A DNA stretch of 63,751 nt, counting the filler, from Sphacelaria rigidula (Eukaryota), in NCBI GenBank assembly GCA_964200075.2. It is 8 parts of 8 records of this genome, joined end to end, with 100 filler letters (N's around TTAATTAATTAA, not from the genome) between each part and the next. Parts side by side here need not be neighbours in the genome. Positions count along the whole stretch, not along the records: positions 47,890 to 55,770 come from CAXNAA020013116.1; positions 55,871 to 63,751 come from CAXNAA020013117.1; 6 more parts are not named here. One strand, 5' to 3'. A program made the translations under genes and the position numbers. The notes beneath the pieces were generated by a model. That model did not search any database, was not told where the DNA came from, and was given only the letters and a program-made list of their open reading frames with translations. Positions 52,774 through 63,751 of this stretch are shown piece by piece (position 1 is the first letter of the stretch; the number at the start of each line of letters is the position of its first letter).

Positions 52774-54983
52774 CAAGAGCAGGTCGAGTAGAGTATGCAC
52801 CTTTGAATACTCGGGTAAAATACCATTGTATTCACTATACCCAACGTTTAGGTATAGATTGGGTACGGCCTCGGTACTTCACTCAAATTTTGGGGACTTG
52901 GGTACGGCCTCGAATACTCTACTGAAATATTAGGGAAGCCCTCTTAGCAATACCTGGGTATAGCGTTATCACTTAGGTATGACCACCACACTCTACCAAA
53001 ATTTTGAGTAGATTTGAGTATGATCTCAAATACTCTACTTAAATTGTGGGTAGATTGAGTACGACCTCATATACTCCACTCAAATATCGGTTATGCACTC
53101 TCAGTAATACTCAGGCACAGATTATCACTTGGGCATGATAAGTATTAACGTGACCGTCGGCGACTTCATGACGTCACTTCACAGACTATGTTGAATACAT
53201 AGGCGAACGATGGCCATCAATGAGATGAGTGGCCTTACGTCACGGGCTACAATGAGTATGAGCCTCACCCATAGCAGTACATACCCATACTTCATACTTC
53301 GCAATCTCTTCGATATCAGTTTCAGTACAAAGCGCTACTCATCATCACTGGGTAATCGAGTAGACGGGTAGTCGGGTATAGTACTGGGCGCCTGAACTAT
53401 TTTTGTTCAGAAGGGTTTTGTCTCGCGAGTACTCTTCGATAGAACTCGAAAGTGTTAGCGTCGGTAGATTTTGGTAAAATTGACAGATCGTCTTCCCCCC
53501 CCAGTGCCTAAGTTAGTGTTCGTTGGCTGTATCGGGCAATACGAGTAGATACCCCCGTTTATCAGGAGGGCGGTATTGACCGTGAAACATAGCTTTTTGG
53601 CTCTTGTGCAATGACTAGGTGAAACTAAAAAAATGTATATTGATTCACAAATACGATCGGAACAGGCCCGATCGACCGAAAATAACGAAGAGTCAGAATC
53701 TGGGCTGAAACGTGTCAGGACCCCCGATGACCGGTCAGTCCGTAGGTCACTTAATGTTGAGTACAGATGGGTTTTTTTTTTCTTGGAATGTGTATCGGAT
53801 TCAAGTATCTTCATATACTCAACGTGATGAGCGGTGGCAAGCGAAAGAGCCTAAGAAAATCGCCAATTATGAAAAAAAATACGAAATGAATAGTTTAGGC
53901 GCGCACTACTGTAGGTATATTATCAATATGAGCGACTCTACGCGCCGCACATCTGACTCCTCCATGGGAGACCCAGCGGTGAACACAATGCAAGATGGAG
54001 GAACATCGGAAGAGTCGATTTGTTCTGTCGCGCAGTCATCATGTGCCTCGTAACCCTTTCCCTATCAGCTGTTTCCCCTTTTCGCTACTCTCAGGCGGGT
54101 GAAACGCGTCACACACCCAGTGACCGCCCGGATACCCGGGGACCATGCCCGGGTATGGTATTTACATAATACTTTGACTACCAATACTTTGATATGATTT
54201 TTTCGCTTTCCAGTACCCCCTTCAAGTCTACACGCTACATCCCGAACGCCCTTCGACAAAAGCACAATATTCATTCCACCCTAGTTTTCTACTATTTGGT
54301 TATGATCCAATTGCTATCTCGAATACACCGTATCCGAATGTTTACATGAGTTTGATCGGGAACCAACACTTACCATGGGAGAGCAACTCTAGGAATACCT
54401 GGGTATTTACTCTATCTCAGTTTGGGTATCTTTCGTGCGACCTTGAATACTAAAGTTATTCCCAAGGTTTTGGTACATTGGGTCCGGCCGCAAATACTCT
54501 ACCCAAATTTCGGGAAGATTAGGTATGACCTCGAGTACTCTACTCAAATTTTGGGGAGTTGGGTACGGCGTCATATACTCTGCTCAAGTTTTGGGTGAAT
54601 CGAGTAACACGTCACGTACTATACCCAAATATTGGGTTAGCACTCTCAGCAATACCTGGGTATAGCGTTATCACTTGGGTATGGCCTCAATACTCTGCCC
54701 AAATTTCGAGTAGATTGAGTGTGACGTCAAATACTCTACTCAAGTTTTGGGTAGATTGAGTACGGCCTCAAATATTCTACTTGAATATTGGGTAAAGAAT
54801 ACAATTTGGGTATGACCTCATTATTCTACTCAAATTTTGGGAAGATTGAGTATGACCTCAAATACTCTACTCAATTTTTGGGTAGATTGGGTACGACCTC
54901 AAAAACTCTACTCAAATTTGAGTACTAAAGTATGACTTTTTAAAATACTGAGTACGGAGTATACTCTACTCGACCTGCCCTTG
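52774..54983. mobile_element. 2.2-kb non-autonomous TIR element (CAAG termini, P/hAT-like) with ~40-bp subterminal repeats
   Basis: TIRs caagagcaggtcgagtagagtat / atactctactcgacctgcccttg; degenerate 8-bp TSD caatattc/cagtagtc. Confidence 0.8.
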
Positions 54984-55132
54984 CAGTAGTCATTCTGCAC
55001 TGGGAAACATCTTGCCCGAAAGTGGGATGTTTCGGCTACTTTGTCTCTACACTGATAGTCGAGCGTTTTTGTTGTGCACCTCATGGACCGCATCACCCCT
55101 TCCCCCCTGCGTGCTCAGCAAACTGCGGTCAG

Positions 55133-55361
55133 GTGTACGTTATGGGGCCCGCGGCGGGCGTGTACGGGCAGAACGGCGAGCAGGGCGGCAGGGGCGATTT
55201 TTACAGTGCAGACAGATTGCACCAGCTGTACTGGGTGTTTTACGCGGGTAAGCCTGTCAATCGGCGAAGACGAACCCGTGGTCGACGGCGTTTGTCGCCA
55301 CCGGACGACGCGATTGCCGTTACTGGAGACGGAGAGTGGGAGGAGGACCACGTGGACTTTG
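55133..55361 (+). CDS. Probable internal exon of an unidentified host gene (VYVMGPAAGVYGQNGEQGGRGDFYSADRLHQLYWVFYA..EEDHVDF)
   Basis: CAG acceptor, open GC-rich frame, donor G|GTGAGT at 55361; alternative same-phase donor G|GTAAGC at 55247. Confidence 0.6.
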
Positions 55362-55905
55362 GTGAGTGAATGCTTGGATCCTGTAGGGTAGTGTAGGGTA
55401 GTGGGATGCCCGTTTGCTTCCTTTGTTCCCATAGAAGGAAGGAAGGAAATTGGCATAGGACTGTTAGGCCGAGTTCAGTAGTGTAAGTACTGCTGCTGAT
55501 GTTGCTAGTTTGTATTCTAGTTTTGATGCCTGTGGTACACACACACACCCCTTGACGCCTGGTCCGGCAGAAAGTCGGTGTGCTCCGTCCCGGCTTTGTA
55601 GGATGCGAGGTCAAATGGTCATATGATTACGGCATGCAGGATCATGGGTACTCCCCCCCGTTCAAGATCAATCCGTAGTTTCAAGGCATTGGGGCACTTC
55701 TGTATTCCCCCCCCCCCCCTGCTCCGTCTCGAAAGGGATGCGTGGTCAATGGTCAAATGACGAAGGCAAGNNNNNNNNNNNNNNNNNNNNNNNNNNNNNN
55801 NNNNNNNNNNNNNNTTAATTAATTAANNNNNNNNNNNNNNNNNNNNNNNNNNNNNNNNNNNNNNNNNNNNGCCTCTTTCACTTCCTCATCCCACCATTTT
55901 ACTGC

Positions 55906-56033
55906 TCGGGGGGGGGGGGGCGTACTTATTTGTTGCTTGCCTTAGTCGTTTGACTATTGACCTTTCGAGACGGGGCGTGGTCAATGGTCAAACGACTAAG
56001 GCATGCAACAAATGAGTACGCCCCCTCCCTCCC
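55906..56033. mobile_element. ~125-bp palindromic MITE related to the GGGGTGTACTCAT family
   Basis: gggggcgtacttatttgttgcttgccttagtcgtttgac.. / ..gtcaaacgactaaggcatgcaacaaatgagtacgccccc. Confidence 0.8.
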
Positions 56034-56307
56034 GAAAATGATCGAAGGCACTTGCGGACGGTATTTCCCTCGAGTTTTTGTCGCATACTGGCTAGCCTCC
56101 TCAAACCTCATTTTATTGAATCCCCTGTTATATGCCACTTGAACCTCATTTTAAAGATCAACCCCATTTTTCAGGATCCACTGTTCAGTGTTCCCTTGCC
56201 GGCAGGCTCAGGGCCTCATCGAACGTATTCGAGATATTTTGAGGGTTCCCCCCCGCCGAACAGTTTGAGAGTTTAGCCGTTGTGTGGGTATACTTCACGA
56301 CGACGGA

Positions 56308-56410
56308 TCGTCGTCGTCGTCGTCGTCGTCGTTGTTGTTGTTATCGTTGTTGGTATCATTGTCGTTGTCGTTGTCGTTGTCGTTGACGTTGACGTTGACG
56401 TTGGCGTTGT
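56308..56410. repeat. (GTC)n/(GTT)n/(GACGTT)n microsatellite
   Basis: Direct reading. Confidence 0.9.
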
Positions 56411-56439
56411 CTTCTCTGAAGGAGCACTGCAGTACCTAC

Positions 56440-59400
56440 ACGTGTCACCGTAGATGTCACTTGGTGACACGAGTGCTGATGGTGGTAAAGCAGCGAGGAT
56501 TCGGCTGGTGGTGTCTCCATGCGTTCGCCAACTCCGTCCTGTGGGGATGTCGCGTGTTGCTCCGGCGGTTCACCGCTCCCCGGTGTTCCCGTTAGCAGTG
56601 TATCTCGAGGGGGCGGGGCATCGTCGTGCAGAATATCCCGCCTGGTGATGGCACTGATTCTCGCCAAAAGCTCGCTCCCTGTGGATTTCTAGAGATCCGA
56701 CTGGCGGTGACGTGATCGGCAAGAACATGACCCAGTTGAGCTAGTATAGAAATGTGGCCACGAATGTCGCGCAGGAAGTCGCGGGAGTGGAGTAGTTGTG
56801 ATCCTTACTGTCACCAGATTCCTCGTCGCTGGGTGAAAATCAGGTGTATCAGAAGCTGTGGCACCCCCGATTGCGTAAGACGTGACGGCGCCTCGATGAA
56901 GACGGCGTTCTTGCTCTCATGATACGTCGGGTCGCCGGGTTGTCAACGCGGTAGCTCTTGGTGTCGTCGTTGTACCCAACCAATCATGCTTCAAATGCCT
57001 TGAGGGCGAGTATTTCGGTCCGCAGTTCGATGTACGAAAACCCTCGCTCCGATAACGTGAACATGCCGCAGATCTGGTTTCATCCCCTGTAGAATCGTGT
57101 GCGGAGATTGCATACCAGTGCGGTGTGCGGTGCGTTGTTTGTAAGATACGCCCCCATGAGCATCAGTTTCCCCCCGAGAAAGGTTTGTAGATCGCTGTCG
57201 GCGAGCATACACCAGACCATGACTGCGAGCGTCCTCCCGACGCGCTCGGACAAGCCGATTGACTGTGACGTACTGGTGCTGGTGTACTGCGGTACTACTC
57301 CTGTCTGCCGGTAGTAGCCCTTGAACTCATTGCCAATGAACTCCGCCTTTTTGTCAGCCCTCAGTCGCTTGACCCGAGAGTGGAGTGCGCCTTCCGTGGC
57401 TTTTAAAGAGGCAAATCTCTGTTCATTTGGTGCATTCATCGAAGGTCATGCAGGCATACTTGAAGCTCCCGAGCGCGTCCGGTGCGAATGGTCCCATCAA
57501 GTCTGTGATAATCAGCTGGAGGGTGCGCTGGGAATTGTAGTTGGTCGTCTTCAGAATGACCAATTGGTGACTTTCCCAACAGCACAAACGTCACAATCCG
57601 TTATGGCTCCACCGAAGTTCGCCCCGTTTTCATATACTACCTTCTCTAGGAGGTTCGACTTCTTGCAGTTGAAATGCCCAATTCGCCGATGCCATATTGC
57701 GGTGGTAGCTGCAGCATGCGTTGCCAATCCAGGCGCGCCGCTACCGCTGATGGGTTCTAACGAAACGAAGTAGACTTTGCTCTCCTGCAGCAGAACGGTG
57801 AATTATTTTCTTCCAGCCGTGAATGATTCATGTCGAAGATGGATAGAGGAGTGATGCTGCGATAGAGTCAGCATTTTTGTGGCCAAAACCGGCCTGATTC
57901 AGGGGTTCCTCAAATTAGAAACTACACAAGAATATTGGTGAGGATATCCCCGTTTGCAAATTCATTAGGGATATCCCTAGCAAATTGGAAGAAAAACCCT
58001 GGCGTACTCTCACCTAATTCGAAAGTCGTGTTTTGGATGAGATAAAGGGTTCCTAAAAATTCTTATCTCAGACCGTAAAAGTGCTGACCCTATCGAAGCA
58101 TCACTCAGAGCTCCATTTCGCTTCCCTTGCTTGACCAAGCAAAAGGTTTCGCCCAAAGCGAGGCACGATCAAACACGATGTTTGGACCACCAACCGTTGC
58201 ATCCCTTCGCCATCGATGATATACCCGCGCAGTAGTCCCTATTCTCAAGGAGTGGGGATCTTTTGCGGTACAACCAGCTCTTGATAAAGAATTTGTACCT
58301 CAGTGCGGGAATTATAGCATCATCGAATTATTGCCCCGACACCTCACTGTTCACCATCACACTGACGGTACTGTTGTTGCCGCCGTTCCATTCTGCCACG
58401 GTCGCTTCCGTTGCAAGATTCAACCTAACCTCCACGTTGATGATGTCGCCAAAGATTCGAGGCTGGTTATCGCTGTTCAAACTTACTCGGTGATACAACG
58501 AGCTACCGAAGGCCAGTCAGACGTGATGTGTTACTGCTATCGCCAAAGTACGGGCTAGGGTGGACAGCGCCCAACTGAGCATCAGGAGCATGCTGTTGGC
58601 TCTGCCACGAAGCCCCCGTTCCTTGACGGATTCTTTCCTTATGAGTGCCGACCCTCTAGCCTCCTCGCCGTCGACCCCCCCGTAAGCTCCGACCAGCCCG
58701 CTGCTGCCGAAAGAAGCGCCTGGTTCGTTGGTGAGAGCGAACAGCCAGAGATCCTCCCCTTTTGTGAGGTTGCCTGTGTTCGGTAATTTCAACGTCGTTG
58801 AAGGAGATGGCCGAAGGAGGCTTCCCTGTCCCGGGGGCCGCTGGGCAGCCTGGCCGCTGCGCGAAGTGTGCGCTTGCGTTTCCTCTGTTGTCTCTTCGGA
58901 GGACACGGCATCCCCCTTCGTCGCGGCTGTTCGTCATGTGGGGTGTACACCAATGTGGCCTACAGGCCTCCCTCACCTCGTCGCCTCCCCCGTTCGTATG
59001 TTGGGTCTCTTTCCAAGCGGCACAGTCTCTCTTGATGTGGCCTCGCTCCCGGCAGAAGAAGAAGCTAACGCCGCTCTTTCTACCGCTTTCACTTCCCCCG
59101 CTTGCGTGAGTGGCAACGCCACGGCCTTCGGCCAAGTTTGCGGCGTTTGGGCGGGAGAGATAGTCGACGTATATGGTGCTGACAATGTGCCGAATGTCCG
59201 CCTAATTAAAACCACGTTTCTCGCGACTCGCAATAAGGACCCTGTTATACTCGGCACGAAGGGCTCGGAGCAGAATATCCTCGTAACGTTCATCAGGCAC
59301 TGGCTGGCCCACCTCCGCAATACGATCGCGGTAGCCGTCAGTGACATGGAGGGGACCGTCCGAATCATACTTGGACTGCATCATGGTGATGCGCAACCTG

Positions 59401-59700
59401 TTGTGGTACTCCCGCCTTACCTCCTTGGTGTTACTGTTGTGCTTTTCTTGAAATACTGCCCACGCAGCTTGTTCGTTGCCTACCCCATCCCCGTGAGTCG
59501 TGCCCATATGTCGCTTGACGGTGTCATGTACCGATGGCTTTGTGCTGGAAGCCAGAACACGGAATACATCGTGATTAGCACGGTCTCATGCCCTCGGGGC
59601 TGCAGCATCACGGGGGGGCGTATCGTTGCCGATTACGGTGGTTTCGGGTCTCGGCTGGCCCTGTGAGATGTCGGCGACGCATCGCTGCAGTGCTAGACAC
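56440..59700 (-). mobile_element. Decayed Ty1/copia retrotransposon (gag, zinc knuckle, protease, GAG-pre-integrase, integrase); RT not seen
   Basis: AAWAVFQEKHNS..LLRALRAEY; FCRERGHIKRDC; VMVNSEVSG at the protease DSGAS position (~58335-58360); WHRRIGHFN and CDVCAVGK; VKRLRADKKAEF..GLSERVGRTL; copia domain order. Confidence 0.9.
57849..58106. mobile_element. 258-bp Sola2-like MITE inserted in the copia pol
   Basis: TIRs GAGTGATGCTGCGATAGAGTCAGCA / TGCTGACCCTATCGAAGCATCACTC; 4-bp TSD AGAG. Confidence 0.85.
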
Positions 59701-59784
59701 ACATAGGTGTAGTGCCGCCCTCAGTTTTGACTCAACTCACGTTGTTTCCAAGCAGAGACCCCCTGGTGATCCTATACTGCTGCT

Positions 59785-62700
59785 TGTGACGAAATTACGC
59801 GGTTACGTTGGGTTGGTGGTGATGATCTGGATAATGACGGGGACACAGGGATTCTGGAAAAGTTTGGGAGTGTTCCGGGTAATGACCGGGGACACGAGGA
59901 TGATACCCTGCGGGTCTATGAGGCTGGGCTTGCAAGGACACTCTGCATAATGAAATGTTGTCAGAGCTGACAACTGAAACTGAGGCCAGTGCGACTGGGG
60001 AGTCCCTCAAACAGCAGTGATTCAGCAGTTTTCTTCTGGCTGGCGTCACAATATCGATGCTGGTACTACTGCCTAACGGATCCTGAAGGAAAAAGAATTT
60101 CGGCGGAAGAGTCTGGAAGCTGGGGACAACCTGATTAATCACGGACGCGTGGAGGGGGTTCAAGCTTAGGTAGCTGCATAAAGGCAGCTGGCCTGTGATT
60201 GGTCCTGACTGGAGACTTGCTGAAGCTGCGTGCAGCGGGAAATTGGAGGCTCCTACGACTCTGTGGTGCGGCGATGAAACAAGGGTGAAGTGTGCAATTC
60301 GTGGCAGTCCGCTGGTCTGCGAAAGGTTCGCAGGTAGCCGGCTGCTGCTATGGCGACCGGCTCGCGTGCGGCGTTCAGCATAACGCCCGTGGTCATGCGG
60401 GAAGAGTTGTGACCTCCCCAATACGGGGAGAGGTACTCCGAGAGTGCATCTCGCACTTTCTATACCAAGTACTTGGAGTACAAGAAGCGTGTGGAGCACG
60501 TTAACGCAGGGATTGCTGTGCGACATCAGGTGGTGTCGATGGCTCAACAAGTACCGACGCATGTGCAGAGAGTGTTTGCTCGTGTGAAACATGAAGAAAG
60601 CTCAATCGGCCCGCCGCAGTTGGTTGCGGCGATCAAAAAGCATGCTGGGCATACGGCGGGTGCCGAGGTGGAGCTGATCCAAGCGTCCACAGCTGTGGCG
60701 AAAGCTGTCGCTATAGAGTCTCGGGGAAAGACGGTGCTAGACCGGGTGGAGCCAATCTTGTCCAATCTGGAGAAGTACTTCACAACAAATCCTAACGTTG
60801 AAGTAGTATATCGTTCCCCCCATGATGACTTAATTCCCGACCCGGCTGCAGTAATCACCAAGGCTTTGGTGGAGGGGTTGGCGCCGGAAACAATTAAGTG
60901 AACCGTGCTTGTCAAAGTTGCAGCACGAGACAAATTGGAAGGCCGACCCCTACCTGGTAATGGACATCGTCGTGGCCGAGGCCAAGGAGTTGCGGAAGAT
61001 AGAGGTGTTCGGCCACTCGTCCACCTCCACGCCGCGAAGTCTTTGCGCCATCACGGCTCGAAATCGGCCGGCCGTGCCGCGACCATCACTTGCCACCGCT
61101 GTGACCAGGTCGGCCATTCATTACCCGCGCGATTATCCAACATCTTCCGGTGGGGAGTCTGGGCAGTCTCATGCCGCGCGCCAACAGCATCGTCAGCGTA
61201 AGGGCAAAGGACGAGGTGATCGGGGTACAGGCGGCGGCGGATCCTCCGGCGGTGGAGGATCGCAGTCGAGTTCTCAGCAGCAGCAGTAAGGGCAGCGGCG
61301 TCAGCATGGGTCTGGTTCTGGGTCCGGCGCCGCCGTAGGTGCTGCTGCTTCGCAACGGGCGGCGCATGTGGGACCGACTTCTACAGTATCGAACATTGCG
61401 CAGGCGCCGGTGGCAGCGCCAGGCGCGACGCCTGCTGATGCGCTGGTCAGAGTTTCGCTAAATTCTTGGTCTGCTGGCTGGGGGTCGTACCCGCCAGCGG
61501 TGCCGTTTGAACCGAAGTGCCAGTGGAGTTGTCGGGTACGTTCCTGCGGAGCTATGTCTTTCAAAACAACGGGAGCGTGGAGCCATTGCGGTTCGGGCTG
61601 TGTTGGATTCTGGCGCCCACTTCACGAGTCATGTGAGTCTGTCAGTGCAGATTGTAGAGATGTTGAAGCATCTTCTCCCGGGTGTGCCGCTGCGAATTCC
61701 GTTTTCGCTTGGGGTACGGCAGGTCATCACAGCGTCGGATCAGCATGTTTCCGTCACGGAGCGTACTGTTCCGCTACAGCTGGCTTCCACGACTTCCTGG
61801 GGGCCGGCCCCGTTGCCTCCAATCTTGTCTTGCGATCATGCCGGGGACGGATGGCGTCATTCTTCTAGGGTTGCCGACGCTTCAGGATCTTGGAGTCGAC
61901 CCGTATGCGCGGTTGTGAGACTCCATGAAGACGCGGATGTTTCCGCCTGGTCCGTGCATGGAGACGTCCGCGTTTTTGGGCTGTCGTCGCTTGAGCTTGT
62001 CGGTAGATGGTTTTCAGGAGGAGGCTGAGGAGCAGGTGACCGAGGAGCGAGATGAGGCGGTGGAACGCTTAGTGGAGCGCGGCCCGGGGATGTTCATGAA
62101 TCCGGCGGACGGTCGCGCTGGAGGAGAGCGTGACGGATGCTGTGGCGAAAGGCCTCAGCGCGTTAAAAGCGGAGCGCCTGTGCGGCATCTTGCATCGCCG
62201 CGTCAACCGTTTCGTCGTGCGCTGCGGGGTGATCCCCCTGCGCGCGTGGAGCCCATGCGTGTTCAGCTAAAACCTGGGGCGTCCGCGGTGAAGACGAAGC
62301 CGCGCCGGTACGATCCGGTCAAGTCGAGTTGGCTAGCGTTGTGCATGGCTGCTCTTTTGGCGCTTGAGTTGGCATTCCGGAACTTTCAGGCGGTGTAGTC
62401 CAGTCCAGCTTTGGTGATCCCGAAGAAGGACTCGTTCCGCCTGGTAAGCGACTGCAAGGCCGTGAATGAGCAGCTTGAGAAGTCGCCGGGTGGAATGCCC
62501 AACAAAAAGTCGGACATGCTTGATCTGTTGAGTGTTCGTTTAGAGAGTGTTGGTTTGTTTTGCGGCTGCGCACAAGTGGTCCTTTTTCGCTAGTGAACTC
62601 GTGTGGTGTGGGAAAGTGTACTCACACGGATGTGTATCTCGTGACCCTGTCAGATTGCAACGCTTACATACGGCGCCCGGAGACGGCCGCAGAATTCATG

Positions 62701-63686
62701 CAATTCCTTCAGGCCATGAATTGGATGCGTACCTCGTTGCCGCGTACGGCAGAAACCGTAGCTCCCCTGCATTTTTTCCTCGAAGACCTCATGGCGGGTG
62801 CTGCGAAGCGGATGAAGCGTTTAGAAAAAACCGCGCTATTCCGCCTGCATCGTGGACGGAGAGCAGGCTGCAGGCGTGGGTGGCAGCGAAGGGGTTGACG
62901 GCTCATGCCGTGACGCTGTTTCATCCTCGTCCTGATTGTCAGGTGTTGATGTATCCGGATGCATCTGAGTGCGATTGGGGTATTTTTGTCACGCAGGTGC
63001 CTGAAGTTGAAATATAACGACGCTTGCCGCTCGAGGATATGACGCATGAACCGCTGGCTTCCCTCAACGGTAGTTTCAAGGGTTCGCAGGTGCGTTGGGC
63101 CACAATTGAGAAGGAAGGTTTTGCTATTGTGAGCACTTTTCGTCGTTTGGAGCATCTTTTGTGGGATGGCGTACACATTTTTACGCATCGACGACATCTT
63201 GTGTATATTTTCAACCCGTAAGCGTGGGTTACGTCAGTGTCGAAGGCCTTGGCACAACGTTTGGAGGGTTGCGAAGGTGTTTTCGGCCAGTATCGTTACT
63301 CGATTTGCCATTTGTCGGGTGACCGTAACGCGTGGGGTGACTTGCTTTCGCGTTGGGTGAATTTTCCGGCTTTGCCTGTGCGCGCTGTGACTGTGTATGG
63401 TCCGTGTGAACCTGATTACTCGATGCCGTCCAAATCTGTTGTCCGCAAAGCGCAACGGAAAGACCTTGGGGCCGAAGATGCGGATGTGTAATCTTTCGAG
63501 TCGGGCGTTGGTGCTCCTATCTTGGGCAATGAACGTCTGTATTGTGTGCATGTGCGTGGCCGAAACGTTTCTTGGATTCCGAGTTCTGATAAGCAGTTGC
63601 AGGTACGTCTGGCGATATGCGCGCACATGCGCGAGGCCGGGCATCGTGGTGTGGCTGCGACACTCGTGCGCTTGCAAGAGTCATCC
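59785..63686 (+). mobile_element. Decayed Ty3/gypsy retrotransposon: putative 5' LTR 59785-60050, gag, protease, partly deleted RT, RNase H, start of integrase
   Basis: TGTGACG..CGTCACA LTR ends; CHRCDQVGH knuckle; VRAVLDSGA; IPKKDSFRLVSD; DASECDWG..RWATIEKEGFAIV; HMREAGHRG; interrupted by a TIR element at ~63688. Confidence 0.93.
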
Positions 63687-63751
63687 TACGATAGGGGGGG
63701 GGTGTACTCATGATCATGCATGCCATAGTCATCTGACCATTGACCTCGCAT

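Noticed and set aside
54380..54970. CRISPR-like array (also 45353-45595, 24200-24540, 48600-49000)
   Set aside because: Units are degenerate and contiguous without unique spacers, no cas genes are present, and most lie within TIR elements.
58728..60592. 312-aa (+) and 265-aa (-) ORFs
   Set aside because: Antisense shadows of copia gag and gypsy LTR/leader in GC-rich DNA.
1..63751. Endogenous giant virus, Fanzor/TnpB, tyrosine-recombinase retroelement or bacterial insert
   Set aside because: No gene-dense intronless block and no RuvC, tyrosine recombinase or viral hallmark motif recognised in the ORF track; the retroelements carry aspartic protease and DDE integrase instead.

Overview
This is not one contiguous locus. 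Seven identical 100-nt linkers (44 N + TTAATTAATTAA + 44 N) split it into eight equal ~7.88-kb slices, so adjacency across linkers is meaningless. The slices share repeat families and read as transposon-dense, intron-rich eukaryotic nuclear DNA, most likely a brown alga (inference from element types and gene style). Mobile content: decayed Ty3/gypsy and Ty1/copia retrotransposons, a tRNA-derived SINE family, and many non-autonomous TIR elements with target-site duplications (hAT-, piggyBac-, Sola2-, Tc1/mariner- and P-like), often nested. Host coding content: four exons of an Amun-like helix-hairpin-helix gene with an apparent GC-AG intron, a candidate 55-aa His/Gly-rich microprotein gene, and two orphan exons. 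I found no intact multi-gene novel system, CRISPR array or viral insertion. The best leads are the His-rich microprotein, a codon-conserved extra reading frame beside two gypsy copies, and the SINE and MITE families.
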